Source: Patescibacteria group bacterium
Lineage (GTDB): Bacteria > Patescibacteriota > Patescibacteriia > UBA9934 > GWF2-40-263
NCBI GenBank assembly: GCA_004297215.1
Contig: SCUM01000002.1
Coordinates: 6,270-70,269 of the forward strand
DNA length: 64,000 nt
Direction of reading: 5' to 3'
Within the stretch, counting starts at the first letter, position 1. Each line of letters starts with the position of its first letter. The notes below the pieces were generated by a model that worked only from the letters and a program-made list of their open reading frames with translations, was not told the origin of the DNA and did not search any database. The position numbers were made by a program, and so were the translations under genes. Below, piece after piece: positions 52,226-61,622 of the stretch.

Positions 52226-53521
52226 TTACGGGGTGAGTCGGTTAATGAGCCTCGGGAACGGGATGGTCTCGCGGATGTGCTGCACTCCGCAGATCCAGCC
52301 CACGATGCGCTCGAGGCCGTAGCCGAAGCCGCTGTGCGGGACCGAGCCGTACTTGCGCAGGTCGAGATACCACTGGAATTGGTCGACGGGCAGCGCGTGC
52401 TCCCTGATGCGGGCGAGCAAAGCGTCGTGGTCGTCCTCGCGCTGGCTCCCGCCGATGATCTCGCCGTAGCCTTCGGGCGCGAGCAGGTCGGCGTTGAGCA
52501 CGCGCGTGGGATCGGCCGGGTCCCGCTTCATGTAGAACGCCTTCACGACGGCCGGGTACTTTTCCACGAAGATGGGGCGGTCGTACTGCTTGGTGAGGAT
52601 CGTCTCGTCGTCGGCGCCCAAATCGTCCATGTCGCCGATGTCGCTGCCCAGCTCGCGCAGCTTCTTCACCGCCTCGGCATGCGTCATGCGCACGAACGGG
52701 GCCTGCACCTTCTTGAGCGGCTCGACGTCACGCTCCAAGATCTTGAGCTCGTGCGCATTCTTCGCGAGCACGTCCGCAACGATGCGGCATATGAGCCCTT
52801 CCTGGATGGCGAGGTTCCCCTCGTGCTCCACGAATGCGGCCTCGGCGTCCATCATCCAAAACTCGGTGAGGTGCCGGCGCGTCTTCGATTTCTCGGCGCG
52901 GAACACCGGCCCGAAGTCGAAGCAGCGCCCGACGCTCATCACGGCAGCTTCAAGATACAGCTGCCCTGACTGCGACAAGTACGCCTTGCCGAGCTCGAAG
53001 TAATCCATTTCGAAAAGCTCGGTCGTCCCTTCGCACGCGTTCGGTGTGAGGATCGGCGAATCGATCTTGATGAATCCCTGCTCGTTGAGATAAGCGAAAG
53101 TAGAATTGATGATCGTGTTGCGCACGCGCTGGATCGCCCACTGCTTCTCGCTGCGCAGCCACAGGTGGCGCTGGTCGTGGAGGAAATCCGGCCCGTGGTC
53201 CTTCTTGCCGATCGGATAATCGTCCGGCGCGATTTGGATTGCCTTGAAGGAGGTCCCGTCAAGTTCAAACCCGGTCCCGGCACGATCCGGCTTCACCGTC
53301 CCCGTGACGATGACCGACGACTCCAGGCGGATGCTCTCAAGGATCGCCCACTGCTCTTGCGAAAGCGCCGCCTTGGAATAGACGACCTGCACGCGCCCGG
53401 TCCCGTCGCGGAACTGCAAAAAGAAAATCTTCCCGCTGGAGCGGAAGTTGTACGCCCAGCCTTTAAGCTCGATTTCTTGGCCAACGTGAGCGCCGATTTC
53501 GGAGACGGTCGTCGAGGTCAT
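52226..53521 (-). CDS. asnS: asparaginyl-tRNA synthetase
   Basis: GPVFRAEKSKTRRHLTEFWMMDAE and GFGYGLERIV. Start taken at MTSTTVSEI. Confidence 0.9.
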   Translation of the reverse strand: MTSTTVSEIGAHVGQEIELKGWAYNFRSSGKIFFLQFRDGTGRVQVVYSKAALSQEQWAILESIRLESSVIVTGTVKPDRAGTGFELDGTSFKAIQIAPDDYPIGKKDHGPDFLHDQRHLWLRSEKQWAIQRVRNTIINSTFAYLNEQGFIKIDSPILTPNACEGTTELFEMDYFELGKAYLSQSGQLYLEAAVMSVGRCFDFGPVFRAEKSKTRRHLTEFWMMDAEAAFVEHEGNLAIQEGLICRIVADVLAKNAHELKILERDVEPLKKVQAPFVRMTHAEAVKKLRELGSDIGDMDDLGADDETILTKQYDRPIFVEKYPAVVKAFYMKRDPADPTRVLNADLLAPEGYGEIIGGSQREDDHDALLARIREHALPVDQFQWYLDLRKYGSVPHSGFGYGLERIVGWICGVQHIRETIPFPRLINRLTP

Positions 53522-53661
53522 AGCATCCAAAGTCAGCGCAAATTGTAGCGAAAAGACTCGGAAAAGGCAATGAAAAAACTCGGAGTCTAGGGTTGGGGCC
53601 CATAGAGATCCGAGCTTTGAGCAGTTCAAATCACAGGTTCACCGTGAAGAGTCGGTTCAGA

Positions 53662-54414
53662 TCAGGGGAAGTGACCATACTTCTCAAATTCCCCCGGCTC
53701 GGCATCGAGTTTGTAGCCACCAAGCTGGAGCGCGGGGTGGTCGGCGTTGTGGCCGATGTGCTCATGGTAGAGCCAAACGATGGTGAGACTCTCATCGGTA
53801 AAGGTGTACCACATGGTGGAATACTTGGCATAATCCACCACAGCCCACTCCACTGTGGGTTTGTGGTTGTCGGTGTCATGACCCATCAGGCGGTTCTTGC
53901 CGGATTTCAGACAGTCCAAGCGTCGCGTAAGAAATCCGCGCACGCGCTCGATGCGGTTCGCATGCATCTCGAAGGTCTGCTCGACTCCCTTCTCCCCTTC
54001 CCCTTTGCGGATGCGTAGGGTGAGGAACGTTTGGCGGCCCTTTGGGAGCTCCGGTGCGCTCTTCGCGAGCGCGTCGAACGTTTCTTCGCCGTATCCCCAG
54101 CCCTCTTCCTCGTTGGCGATCCGGAACCGATTGATGAGCTCCTCCACCGGCAAGGCGAAGGGGTTGGAGTCCCTAAACGACCGATAGGACTCCAACATTT
54201 GGCCGAACAACGACGGGTCCTCAACGATGTTTTTGACCTCCTCGGCCGTCATGTTCGACGCAACGATCACGCGCTCGAACGCCATCCATTCTCCGAGGGT
54301 CAATTCTTTCGGAAGGCGAGCCATGTGGCGAGCCCCTTTCTTGTTGCCGCGTGGCGAGTATGAGTCGTCCAACCATCTGAACACCCATGCGAACCATTGT
54401 TTGAACGCGGCCAT
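53662..54414 (-). CDS. hypothetical protein (250 aa), lower-GC orphan
   Basis: Clean ORF with local GC about 54-55% against about 65% for its neighbours; Trp/Tyr-rich; no known family. Confidence 0.5.
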   Translation of the reverse strand: MAAFKQWFAWVFRWLDDSYSPRGNKKGARHMARLPKELTLGEWMAFERVIVASNMTAEEVKNIVEDPSLFGQMLESYRSFRDSNPFALPVEELINRFRIANEEEGWGYGEETFDALAKSAPELPKGRQTFLTLRIRKGEGEKGVEQTFEMHANRIERVRGFLTRRLDCLKSGKNRLMGHDTDNHKPTVEWAVVDYAKYSTMWYTFTDESLTIVWLYHEHIGHNADHPALQLGGYKLDAEPGEFEKYGHFP

Positions 54415-54514
54415 TTATGGCCGAGATTCAGCCCCAAATTACCGCGTTCAAGCACGACTCTTTATTAAAAGAACGACTGCTAAGAGTAGATGAAAAGGAG
54501 ACTTTTGTCAACCC

Positions 54515-55288
54515 TTAGACAATGCACGCGGCGCGGAGGGAGTTCGCTGGAATCGTCGGGAAATGGGAGATGATGAGGCTTTCCACGGCCTCGTGGAACG
54601 CCTCAAGCGTGTCGGCGGGGAGGTGCGGGCGCAGCTGGTGCTCGAACCGTTCGGCAAGCGCGAAGCGGATGAGCTTGAGCGTCTCGTCCTTCATGGGCCG
54701 GGCGGCGAACCATTGCGAGGCGTCGCGCGTGGCGCACCCGTCGCACACCACGCCGCCTTTGGGGGCGTACCAGCGGTAGGAGCCGGGGCGCAGCGCGTCC
54801 TTGCACGCGAGGCAGTTGGCGAGCTCGGGACGGTAGCCGATGATGGCGAGAAGCTTGAGCGCGAACGCGGCGAGCAGGAACCCGGCGCGTTCGGCGGAGA
54901 GCGCCGGCGCCTCGTCCACGGCCGAAAGGAATCGCTTGAGTTCGTCGTAGAGCACCGGATCGGCCTCGTGCGGCTTGGTGCCGATGTCCACCAGGTGCAA
55001 TGCGCCGGAAACGAGCGTGAGCTTGCCGGGGTCGGTGTACAGATTCGAGAACGCACGCACGCGATCCGACGCGGCCACGGTGAAATATTGCCGCCCGTCG
55101 ACCAGTAACAGGTCGATCTCGGCTGGCATCTCAAGGTGCGGCGTCAACTTCGCAAGCGGCTTGTGCCCGCCGCGCGCCAAAAACTCCACCTTCCCGTACC
55201 CGTCCGTGAACGCCGAATACCACCGATCGGCTTCCCGGTGGTCCCGCCGCGAAAGCACGACGCCGGTTGTCCGAAAGAGGGTGGCCAT
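54515..55288 (-). CDS. recO: DNA repair protein RecO
   Basis: N-terminal OB-fold (VVLSRRDHREADRWYSAFT) and a CxxC...CxxC zinc motif (CLACK...CDGC). Confidence 0.8.
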   Translation of the reverse strand: MATLFRTTGVVLSRRDHREADRWYSAFTDGYGKVEFLARGGHKPLAKLTPHLEMPAEIDLLLVDGRQYFTVAASDRVRAFSNLYTDPGKLTLVSGALHLVDIGTKPHEADPVLYDELKRFLSAVDEAPALSAERAGFLLAAFALKLLAIIGYRPELANCLACKDALRPGSYRWYAPKGGVVCDGCATRDASQWFAARPMKDETLKLIRFALAERFEHQLRPHLPADTLEAFHEAVESLIISHFPTIPANSLRAACIV

Positions 55289-55713
55289 CAGGGGGACGTC
55301 TTCGCGGGCATCTTTTTCCTCACGACCAAGACCGCCACCCAGGCTCCGGCCATAGACGGCAGCGCCTGGACGGCTTGGTGGAGCCTGTCGTCCGCTGACG
55401 CGAGCAGAGATACGGAATATAGCGTGATGAACGCGGCGAGCGAGACGGCTGTCCGCATCTTATGGCCGGGTGCCGTCGCGGTGCCGAAAAAGACGAAACA
55501 GAAGGCTGCCAAGCCCCAGACGAGCGCGAGGATCCCCTCTCGGACGAGAAGGTATCTCATAAAGCCGCTCGTCCATGAGACGCCGAACTCCGGGATAAGC
55601 CGCGCGAGCAAGAATGCCAAAGGGACGATGCAAATGACGAACAAGCATCCGGCAGAAAGGAAGGCGACGGGAAGGATGAGGACCCATCTCAGGATGCGCG
55701 TTGATCGGTTCAT
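55288..55713 (-). CDS. hypothetical integral membrane protein (141 aa, 4 TM)
   Basis: Its stop overlaps the recO start by 1 nt; strongly hydrophobic. Confidence 0.45.
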   Translation of the reverse strand: MNRSTRILRWVLILPVAFLSAGCLFVICIVPLAFLLARLIPEFGVSWTSGFMRYLLVREGILALVWGLAAFCFVFFGTATAPGHKMRTAVSLAAFITLYSVSLLASADDRLHQAVQALPSMAGAWVAVLVVRKKMPAKTSP

Positions 55714-55716
55714 AGC

Positions 55717-56121
55717 CTAGGTGCGTTCGATCCGCCGGCCCAAATACTGCTGCACGATGAGCATCGCCGCGAGCGCATCCTCTTCCGCGTCCGACCCCTC
55801 TTCGCGCTGGAGACGGATGCTTTCGGCCGTCGTATAACTTTCGTCTTCTTCGACAACGGGAATCGAGATAGCTCCCTCAAGGGCTTTGATGAACGCGCGC
55901 GTCTTGTCGAGCTGCGCCGAGCTGTGATGCCCGCCGGTCGAAAGTGGGACCCCGACGACGATCATGTCGATATCCTCCGCACTGACCCGCTTCGCGAAGA
56001 CGCGGATCGTCTCCTCCCCACGGTTCGGCACCACGTCGAGCGGCACAGCGACACCTACGGTGCTGTCCCCGAACGCGAGCCCGATCTTCTTGTCGCCGTA
56101 ATCGATGCCGAGGATCCTCAT
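55717..56121 (-). CDS. ruvX: Holliday-junction resolvase-like RuvX (YqgF)
   Basis: Begins MRILGIDYGDKKIGLAFGD, an RNase H-like fold. Confidence 0.85.
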   Translation of the reverse strand: MRILGIDYGDKKIGLAFGDSTVGVAVPLDVVPNRGEETIRVFAKRVSAEDIDMIVVGVPLSTGGHHSSAQLDKTRAFIKALEGAISIPVVEEDESYTTAESIRLQREEGSDAEEDALAAMLIVQQYLGRRIERT

Positions 56122-56894
56122 ACGGGCAACGGCGTGATGATTTCCGGCCCATCCTTTGTGACGACGATCGTCACCTCAAAGTGCGATCCGCGCTTGCCAT
56201 CCGCCATCACCACGGCCCAACCGTCGTCGGCGGTCTTCACGCGGTAGTCGCCTTCGCCAAGCATCGGCTCGAGCGCAAGCACCATCCCCTCCTTGATCTT
56301 CACCTTGGGGTGGTGCGGGCTCGTGAAATTCGGCACGTGCGGCGCCTCGTGCACCTTGTGGCCCACGCCGTGGCCCGTGAGCGCGCGCACGATCCCATAC
56401 CCGTGCGGGCCCACGGACCTCTCCACCGCGCGGGCGACGTCTTCGATCTCCCCGCCGACCTTCACGGCCGCGACCGCGTCCATGAGCGCCTGACGCGTCA
56501 CGCGAATCAGCTTCGCCGCCGCCGCGTCCACCTTCCCGACCGGAACCGTGACGGCCATGTCCGTGCACAGCCCCTCAAACCAGCACCCGATGTCGAGCCC
56601 CACCACGTCGCCTTCCTTGAGCGTGAGGTCGCGGTTCCCCAGGCCGTGCACCACTTCCGCATTGATGGATACGCACACCGTACTCGGGAATGGCGGGTCG
56701 TCCTTGTCATTCTGATAGCCAAGGAACGACGGCGTCCCTCCCCCGTCACGGATCACCTTCTCCGCGACCGCGTCGATGTCTTTCACAACGGCCCCCGGCT
56801 TCACGGCATCCACCGCCGCCTTCAATGCGCGCGAAAGCAGCGCCCCGCCCCGGCGCAGTTTCTCGATCTCTTCCGGGGTCTTGGTCATGGACAT
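56118..56894 (-). CDS. map: methionine aminopeptidase type I
   Basis: Start taken at MSMTKTPEEIEKLR, 2 nt after the adk stop. Metal ligands D, D, H, E, E are in the conserved positions. Confidence 0.9.
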   Translation of the reverse strand: MSMTKTPEEIEKLRRGGALLSRALKAAVDAVKPGAVVKDIDAVAEKVIRDGGGTPSFLGYQNDKDDPPFPSTVCVSINAEVVHGLGNRDLTLKEGDVVGLDIGCWFEGLCTDMAVTVPVGKVDAAAAKLIRVTRQALMDAVAAVKVGGEIEDVARAVERSVGPHGYGIVRALTGHGVGHKVHEAPHVPNFTSPHHPKVKIKEGMVLALEPMLGEGDYRVKTADDGWAVVMADGKRGSHFEVTIVVTKDGPEIITPLPV

Positions 56895-56896
56895 AG

Positions 56897-57529
56897 CTAC
56901 CGATCGATTGCCTTCACGATGCGATTGTGGATCTCCTCGACCTCGCCGACCCCGTCGATGCGGCGCACCAGCCCTTGGCCGCCATACACCGCGATGAGCG
57001 GTTCGGTCTCTTCTTCGTAGATCCTGAGGCGCTTCTCGATGGCCTCTGGCGTGTCGTCCTTGCGCACATCCATGCGACCGCCGCATTCGCAGGCGTCGCC
57101 CGGCTTGCGGCCGTCCTTCATGCTGTACACGGTGCCGCATGTGAAACAGGTCAACCGACCGGACAGGCGGCGCAACGATTCCTCTTTCGGGACCTCGATG
57201 ACGACCACGTGCGTGGGCTTGTCGAAGGTGAACGCCTTGGCCTGCTCCTTGCTTCGCGGATAGCCGTCGAGAAGATACCCGTTCTTGACATCCGACTGGC
57301 CGAGACGCTTGCGCAGTACGCGCGCCGCGGTCTGGTCGCTCACCAGGTTGCCGGGGGCGATGATGGCGTCGATTTCCTTGCCGAGCGCCGAGCCGGTGGC
57401 GATCTCGTCGCGCAACAGCTGCCCCATGCTGAACGCCGGGATCCCGAGCTCGCGGGCGACGAGCTTGGCTTGGGTCCCTTTGCCGCTTCCTTGCGGGCCG
57501 AGCAGGAGGATTTTGAGGGGGGCATTCAT
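56897..57529 (-). CDS. adk: adenylate kinase (zinc-lid type)
   Basis: P-loop LLLGPQGSGKGTQA; lid CFTCGTVYS...CECGG. Confidence 0.9.
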   Translation of the reverse strand: MNAPLKILLLGPQGSGKGTQAKLVARELGIPAFSMGQLLRDEIATGSALGKEIDAIIAPGNLVSDQTAARVLRKRLGQSDVKNGYLLDGYPRSKEQAKAFTFDKPTHVVVIEVPKEESLRRLSGRLTCFTCGTVYSMKDGRKPGDACECGGRMDVRKDDTPEAIEKRLRIYEEETEPLIAVYGGQGLVRRIDGVGEVEEIHNRIVKAIDR

Positions 57530-57548
57530 ACGAAACCGATGATAGCAG

Positions 57549-57630
57549 CGTTACGAACCAAGGAACAGCTACTAAACAACGAAACTACGATCAGTTCGTA
57601 GTTTCGTAATAGTTCGTTGGTTCGTAACGA
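57549..57630. promoter_or_regulatory. structured palindromic spacer between secY and adk containing the GGTTCGTAAC/TTCGTAG word set
   Basis: gttacgaacc (57551) is the inverse of ggttcgtaac (57619); inner CGAAACTACGA/TCGTAGTTTCG arms. A 29-nt stretch is about 80% identical to 3176-3205, upstream of rpmI. Confidence 0.3.
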
Positions 57631-58902
57631 TTACAGCTCGTACTCCCTCATCGTCAGCTGCGCCTCGATCTGCTTCACCGTGTCGATCACGACCGAGACC
57701 ACGATGAGCACCGAGGTGCCGCCGATGATCAGGCTCGCGTTCCCGCTGGTCGCCTGGACGACGTTCGGCAATACGGCGACGATGGCAAGGAACGTGGCGC
57801 CGGCGAGCAGCAGGCGGTTGGTGATCCACCCGAGATACTGGGCGGTCGGAACCCCCGGACGGATGCCCGGGATGAACCCGCCTTGCTTCTGGAGGTTCTC
57901 CGCCACGCGGTCCGGATGGAAGATCACGCTCGCGTAGAAGAAGGTGAAGGCGAACACGAGGACCGCGAACGTCGTCGCGTACACCGTCTGGTTCTCGAAC
58001 ATGCGTATGATCCACTGGGCGGCCTCGCGCACGGCCGGGGTGGTGGCGTTCACGAAGAACTGGGCGAGCGTGGTCGGGAACAGGATCATCGAGATGGCGA
58101 AGATGATCGGGATCACGCCGCCGAGGTTCAGCTTGAGCGGGAGGAAGCTTGAGACCGCGCCGGCGAGCCGGCTGCCGCGCATCTGGCGCGCGTATTGCAC
58201 CGGGATCTTGCGTACCGCCTCGTTCATCACCACGATGGCGACCACGGTGACCACGACCACGGCCGCGAACCCGAGGACGGTGACGAGCTGCGAACGGTCG
58301 TACGTGGCGAACGCCTGCGAAAGCCCGCTCGGAAGCCCGGCGATGATGCCGGAAAAGATGATGATCGAAATGCCGTTGCCGACGTTCTTCTCGGAAATGA
58401 GCTCCCCGAGCCACATGAGGAACACCGTGCCGGCGGTCATGGCCGTGATGGCGAGCACAACGGTGAACGCCGTGCTGTCGGTGAAGATGGCCTGGCCGGA
58501 GGCCTGGGAGCCGAACAGGAGGATGAGGCTGTACCCCTGGAGGAACGCGAGCGGCACGGTGAGCAGGCGGGTCCAGCGGTTGATGCGCGCGCGTCCCTGC
58601 TCCTCCTTCTGCATCTCCTCCATGCTCGGGACGATCATCGCGAGGAGCTGGAAGATGATGGACGCGGTGATGTACGGGCCCACCCCGAGGGCGACCACGG
58701 AAAAGTTCGTGAGCGTGCCGCCGGAGACGAGGTTCAGGAGCCCGAACAGCTGGTTGCCGCTCGCGAGGCTCGTGAGCGCGTCCGGGTTCACCCCCGGCAC
58801 CGGCACGTGCGCGGCGAACCGTGTCACCACGAGCAGCGCGAACACGAACAGGAGGCTCTTGCGGACCTCGGGGGATTTCCAGATGCGGCGGATGGGAAGC
58901 AT
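57631..58902 (-). CDS. secY: preprotein translocase SecY
   Basis: Start taken at MLPIRRIWKSPEVRKSLLF..., a typical SecY N-terminus. The region between 58903 and 58969 is a repetitive palindromic spacer. Confidence 0.9.
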   Translation of the reverse strand: MLPIRRIWKSPEVRKSLLFVFALLVVTRFAAHVPVPGVNPDALTSLASGNQLFGLLNLVSGGTLTNFSVVALGVGPYITASIIFQLLAMIVPSMEEMQKEEQGRARINRWTRLLTVPLAFLQGYSLILLFGSQASGQAIFTDSTAFTVVLAITAMTAGTVFLMWLGELISEKNVGNGISIIIFSGIIAGLPSGLSQAFATYDRSQLVTVLGFAAVVVVTVVAIVVMNEAVRKIPVQYARQMRGSRLAGAVSSFLPLKLNLGGVIPIIFAISMILFPTTLAQFFVNATTPAVREAAQWIIRMFENQTVYATTFAVLVFAFTFFYASVIFHPDRVAENLQKQGGFIPGIRPGVPTAQYLGWITNRLLLAGATFLAIVAVLPNVVQATSGNASLIIGGTSVLIVVSVVIDTVKQIEAQLTMREYEL

Positions 58903-58969
58903 AGGGGGATATTTAGAATGTAGGATGTAGGATGAAGGATACCATCCTACAGTCTTCATCCTTCAGTCT

Positions 58970-59410
58970 TCAGTTCAAGATGCTGCCGCCCGCCTTCTCG
59001 ATCTTCGCCCTGGCGCCGGCGGACACCGCGAGGCCGGACAGGGTGAGGGCGATGCCGATCTTCCCGTCGCCGAGCACCTTCGCGGGAGCGGTCGGCGAGG
59101 AGATGAGTCCCTTCTTGCACAGGAAGGCCGGCGTCACCTTGGAGCCGTCCGCGAAGGCGCGGGCGAGGTCGGAGACGTTCACGGCTTCCACCTCTCGCGC
59201 GAGGCTCTTGAACCCGCGGCGCTTCGGGATGCGCATCATGATGCGGCGCAGCCCCATGAGCTTGAGCCCGGCCTTGCCGCCGGCGCGGGCGCGCTGACCC
59301 TTGGCGCCCCGACCTGAATACGTGCCGCCTTTGGACAGGCCGCGGCCCACGCGCTTGCCAGCGCGGCGGGAACCCTTCTCAGGCTTGATGGAATGCAGGG
59401 TCATCGACAT
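58970..59410 (-). CDS. rplO: 50S ribosomal protein L15
   Basis: KPEKGSRRAGKRVGRG... L15 family; it follows S5 directly, with no L30 gene between. Confidence 0.9.
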   Translation of the reverse strand: MSMTLHSIKPEKGSRRAGKRVGRGLSKGGTYSGRGAKGQRARAGGKAGLKLMGLRRIMMRIPKRRGFKSLAREVEAVNVSDLARAFADGSKVTPAFLCKKGLISSPTAPAKVLGDGKIGIALTLSGLAVSAGARAKIEKAGGSILN

Positions 59411-59420
59411 AGGATTGGGG

Positions 59421-60065
59421 TTAGGCCTTGGGCTCTTCCGTGGGGTTCTCCGCCTTCGGCGAGCGGGCCGGACGGGCGCGCAGCTCGCGGATGGCCGCGA
59501 GCGTGGCCTGGGCGATATTGATCTTGTTGCTCGAGTTCATCACCTTTGAGACCGCGTTCGGGACGCCGGCCATCTCGAGCACGATGCGCGCGGCCCCGCC
59601 GCACTTGAGGCCGACCCCCTTCGGGGCGGGCTTCAGCAGCACCTCGGCCGAACCGAACTTGGCATGGACCGCATGCGTGATCGTGTCGTTCTCAAGCGTG
59701 ATGCGCACCATGTGCTTCTTGGCCTGGCGGTACGCCTTGTCCATGGACAGCTGCACGTCGGCCCCTTTCGCGACGCCCAGGCCCACGCGACCTTTCTTGT
59801 CGCCGATCACGAGCGCGGCACGGAAGGACATGCGCTTCCCGCCGGCCGTGACGCGCGTCACGCGGTCGAGCGCGAGCGTCTTCTGCTCGAACTCCCTCGC
59901 TTCACGGTCGGAACGGCCGCCGCTCCTGCGCGGACCGCCGCGACCGGCACCGCCGCCTTGTCCGCCGCGACCGGGAGCGCCACCGGGGCGCGAGCTTCCG
60001 CGCGCGGAGGCGCGAGGAGCGGAGCCGGCGGCGGGAGGCGTTGCGTTGGGTTTCTTGTCGTCCAT
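59421..60065 (-). CDS. rpsE: 30S ribosomal protein S5 (with Gly/Arg-rich N-terminal extension)
   Basis: Conserved core ALVIGDKKGRVGLGVAKG... Confidence 0.9.
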   Translation of the reverse strand: MDDKKPNATPPAAGSAPRASARGSSRPGGAPGRGGQGGGAGRGGPRRSGGRSDREAREFEQKTLALDRVTRVTAGGKRMSFRAALVIGDKKGRVGLGVAKGADVQLSMDKAYRQAKKHMVRITLENDTITHAVHAKFGSAEVLLKPAPKGVGLKCGGAARIVLEMAGVPNAVSKVMNSSNKINIAQATLAAIRELRARPARSPKAENPTEEPKA

Positions 60066-60069
60066 AGCA

Positions 60070-60456
60070 TTAGAAATTCAATCCGGCTTCGCGGGCGCCG
60101 TCGGCAAGTGCGGCCACGCGGCCGTGATAACGGTAGCTCCCGCGGTCAAACACGGCCATGGTGACGCCGAGCGCCTTTGCCTTCTCGCCAAGGGCCTTCC
60201 CCACCGCGCGGGCGACCTCGACCGGCTTCATATGTTCCTTTCCGCCGGAGGCGGATCCGCCTTTGGCGGACACGTCGCGATCGGAAGCGGCACAAAGGGT
60301 GCGGCCGGCCCCGTCGTCGATGAGCTGCACGTACACGTGCTTGGCGCTGCGCTTCACCGTGAGGCGCGGAGCTTCCTTGGTGCCGCGCACCACGGCACGC
60401 ACCCGGGCGGCGCGGCGCATGGCGGAAGCGCGTTTCTTCGCAATGAGGTTGGTCAT
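60070..60456 (-). CDS. rplR: 50S ribosomal protein L18
   Basis: RLTVKRSAKHVYVQLIDD... Confidence 0.9.
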   Translation of the reverse strand: MTNLIAKKRASAMRRAARVRAVVRGTKEAPRLTVKRSAKHVYVQLIDDGAGRTLCAASDRDVSAKGGSASGGKEHMKPVEVARAVGKALGEKAKALGVTMAVFDRGSYRYHGRVAALADGAREAGLNF

Positions 60457-60469
60457 ACGGGATTCGCGT

Positions 60470-61024
60470 TTATTCGGCGGCCTTGCCCGCGGCCTTTCCG
60501 GCCTTGCGGCGGATCGTCTCGTCCAAGTACTTGATCCCTTTGCCCTTGTACGGCTCCGGCTTCTTCAAGGAGCGGATCTGGGCCGCGATCTCTCCCACCT
60601 GGATCTTATCAGGCCCGCTCAGGGTGATCACGTTCTTCTCCACCTTGGCGGTGATCCCTTCCGGGATCGGGAAATCGATGTCGTGGCTGAACCCGAGCGC
60701 AAGGACGAGCTTCTTGCCGGAAAGGGTCACGCGGAAGCCGACGCCGTTCACTTCGAGCGCCTTGGTGAACCCGGCCGTGACGCCTACCACCATGTTGGCG
60801 ATGTTGGCGCGCCAGGTCCCCCAGAGGGAGCGCTCAAAGACGTCCTCCTGGTCCTTCACCGTGAGCTCCACGGCTTTCCCGCCCTCCGCGAGGGTCACGG
60901 ACACGGCCGGGTGCACGGTGGCGCGAAGCTCGCCCAGAGGCCCCTTCACGCAGACCTGCTGGCCGTCGATCGTCACCGTGACAGCCTCGGGGACGGGGAT
61001 GGGTTTCTTGCCGACGCGGGACAT
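60470..61024 (-). CDS. rplF: 50S ribosomal protein L6
   Basis: MSRVGKKPIPVPEAVTVTIDGQ.. Confidence 0.9.
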   Translation of the reverse strand: MSRVGKKPIPVPEAVTVTIDGQQVCVKGPLGELRATVHPAVSVTLAEGGKAVELTVKDQEDVFERSLWGTWRANIANMVVGVTAGFTKALEVNGVGFRVTLSGKKLVLALGFSHDIDFPIPEGITAKVEKNVITLSGPDKIQVGEIAAQIRSLKKPEPYKGKGIKYLDETIRRKAGKAAGKAAE

Positions 61025-61025
61025 A

Positions 61026-61418
61026 TCAGGAAATTTCGCAAATCACCTCGCCGCCGAGCCGGCGGGAGCGCGCTTCGCGGTTCGTCATGAGGCCGTTGGG
61101 GGTGGAAATGATGGAGATGCCCATGCCGGACATCACCGGGCGGATCTCGCCGGTCTTCATGTACACGCGGCTTCCGGGCTTGCTCACGCGCCGCAGCGTG
61201 CGCAGGCGCGGACGGTCGTGCTCGTAGGCGAGCGCCACGCGGATCATCGCATGCGGGACCTGCCCGGTCTTCTCGACCGAGGACAGGTACCCTTCGCGCT
61301 TGAGGATGTTCGCGATGGCCTCCTTGAGGTTTGAGTGCGGCAGCTCCACGACGTCGCGACGCACGGCAAGCGCGTTGCGCAGCCGGGTGAGCATGTCGGA
61401 AACGGGGTCGGTGATCAT
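61026..61418 (-). CDS. rpsH: 30S ribosomal protein S8
   Basis: Start at MITDPVSDMLTRLRNA; the longer ORF would overlap S14. Confidence 0.9.
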   Translation of the reverse strand: MITDPVSDMLTRLRNALAVRRDVVELPHSNLKEAIANILKREGYLSSVEKTGQVPHAMIRVALAYEHDRPRLRTLRRVSKPGSRVYMKTGEIRPVMSGMGISIISTPNGLMTNREARSRRLGGEVICEIS

Positions 61419-61429
61419 AGGAGGTGGGC

Positions 61430-61615
61430 TTACCAGCTGGCCTTCGTCACCCCGGGGATTTCCCCGCGGTTCGCGAGCTCGCGGAAGCAGATGCGGCACA
61501 AGGCGAACTGGCGCATGAACGCGCGCTTGCGCCCGCAGCGCCAGCAGCGGTTCACCACGCGCGTGGTGAACTTCGGCTTGCGGGCGGACTTGGCGACCTG
61601 GTTTTTCGTGGCCAT
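61430..61615 (-). CDS. rpsZ: 30S ribosomal protein S14 type Z (zinc-ribbon, 61 aa)
   Basis: C-x2-C...C-x2-C motif: [20 protein letters not shown]. Confidence 0.9.
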   Translation of the reverse strand: MATKNQVAKSARKPKFTTRVVNRCWRCGRKRAFMRQFALCRICFRELANRGEIPGVTKASW

Positions 61616-61622
61616 AGGGGGT

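Noticed and set aside
56118-57140. 340-aa ORF as methionine aminopeptidase
   Set aside because: The first 82 residues overlap adk in a different frame and are Arg/Gly/His-rich. MetAP homology starts at MSMTKTPEEIEKL, 2 nt after the adk stop.
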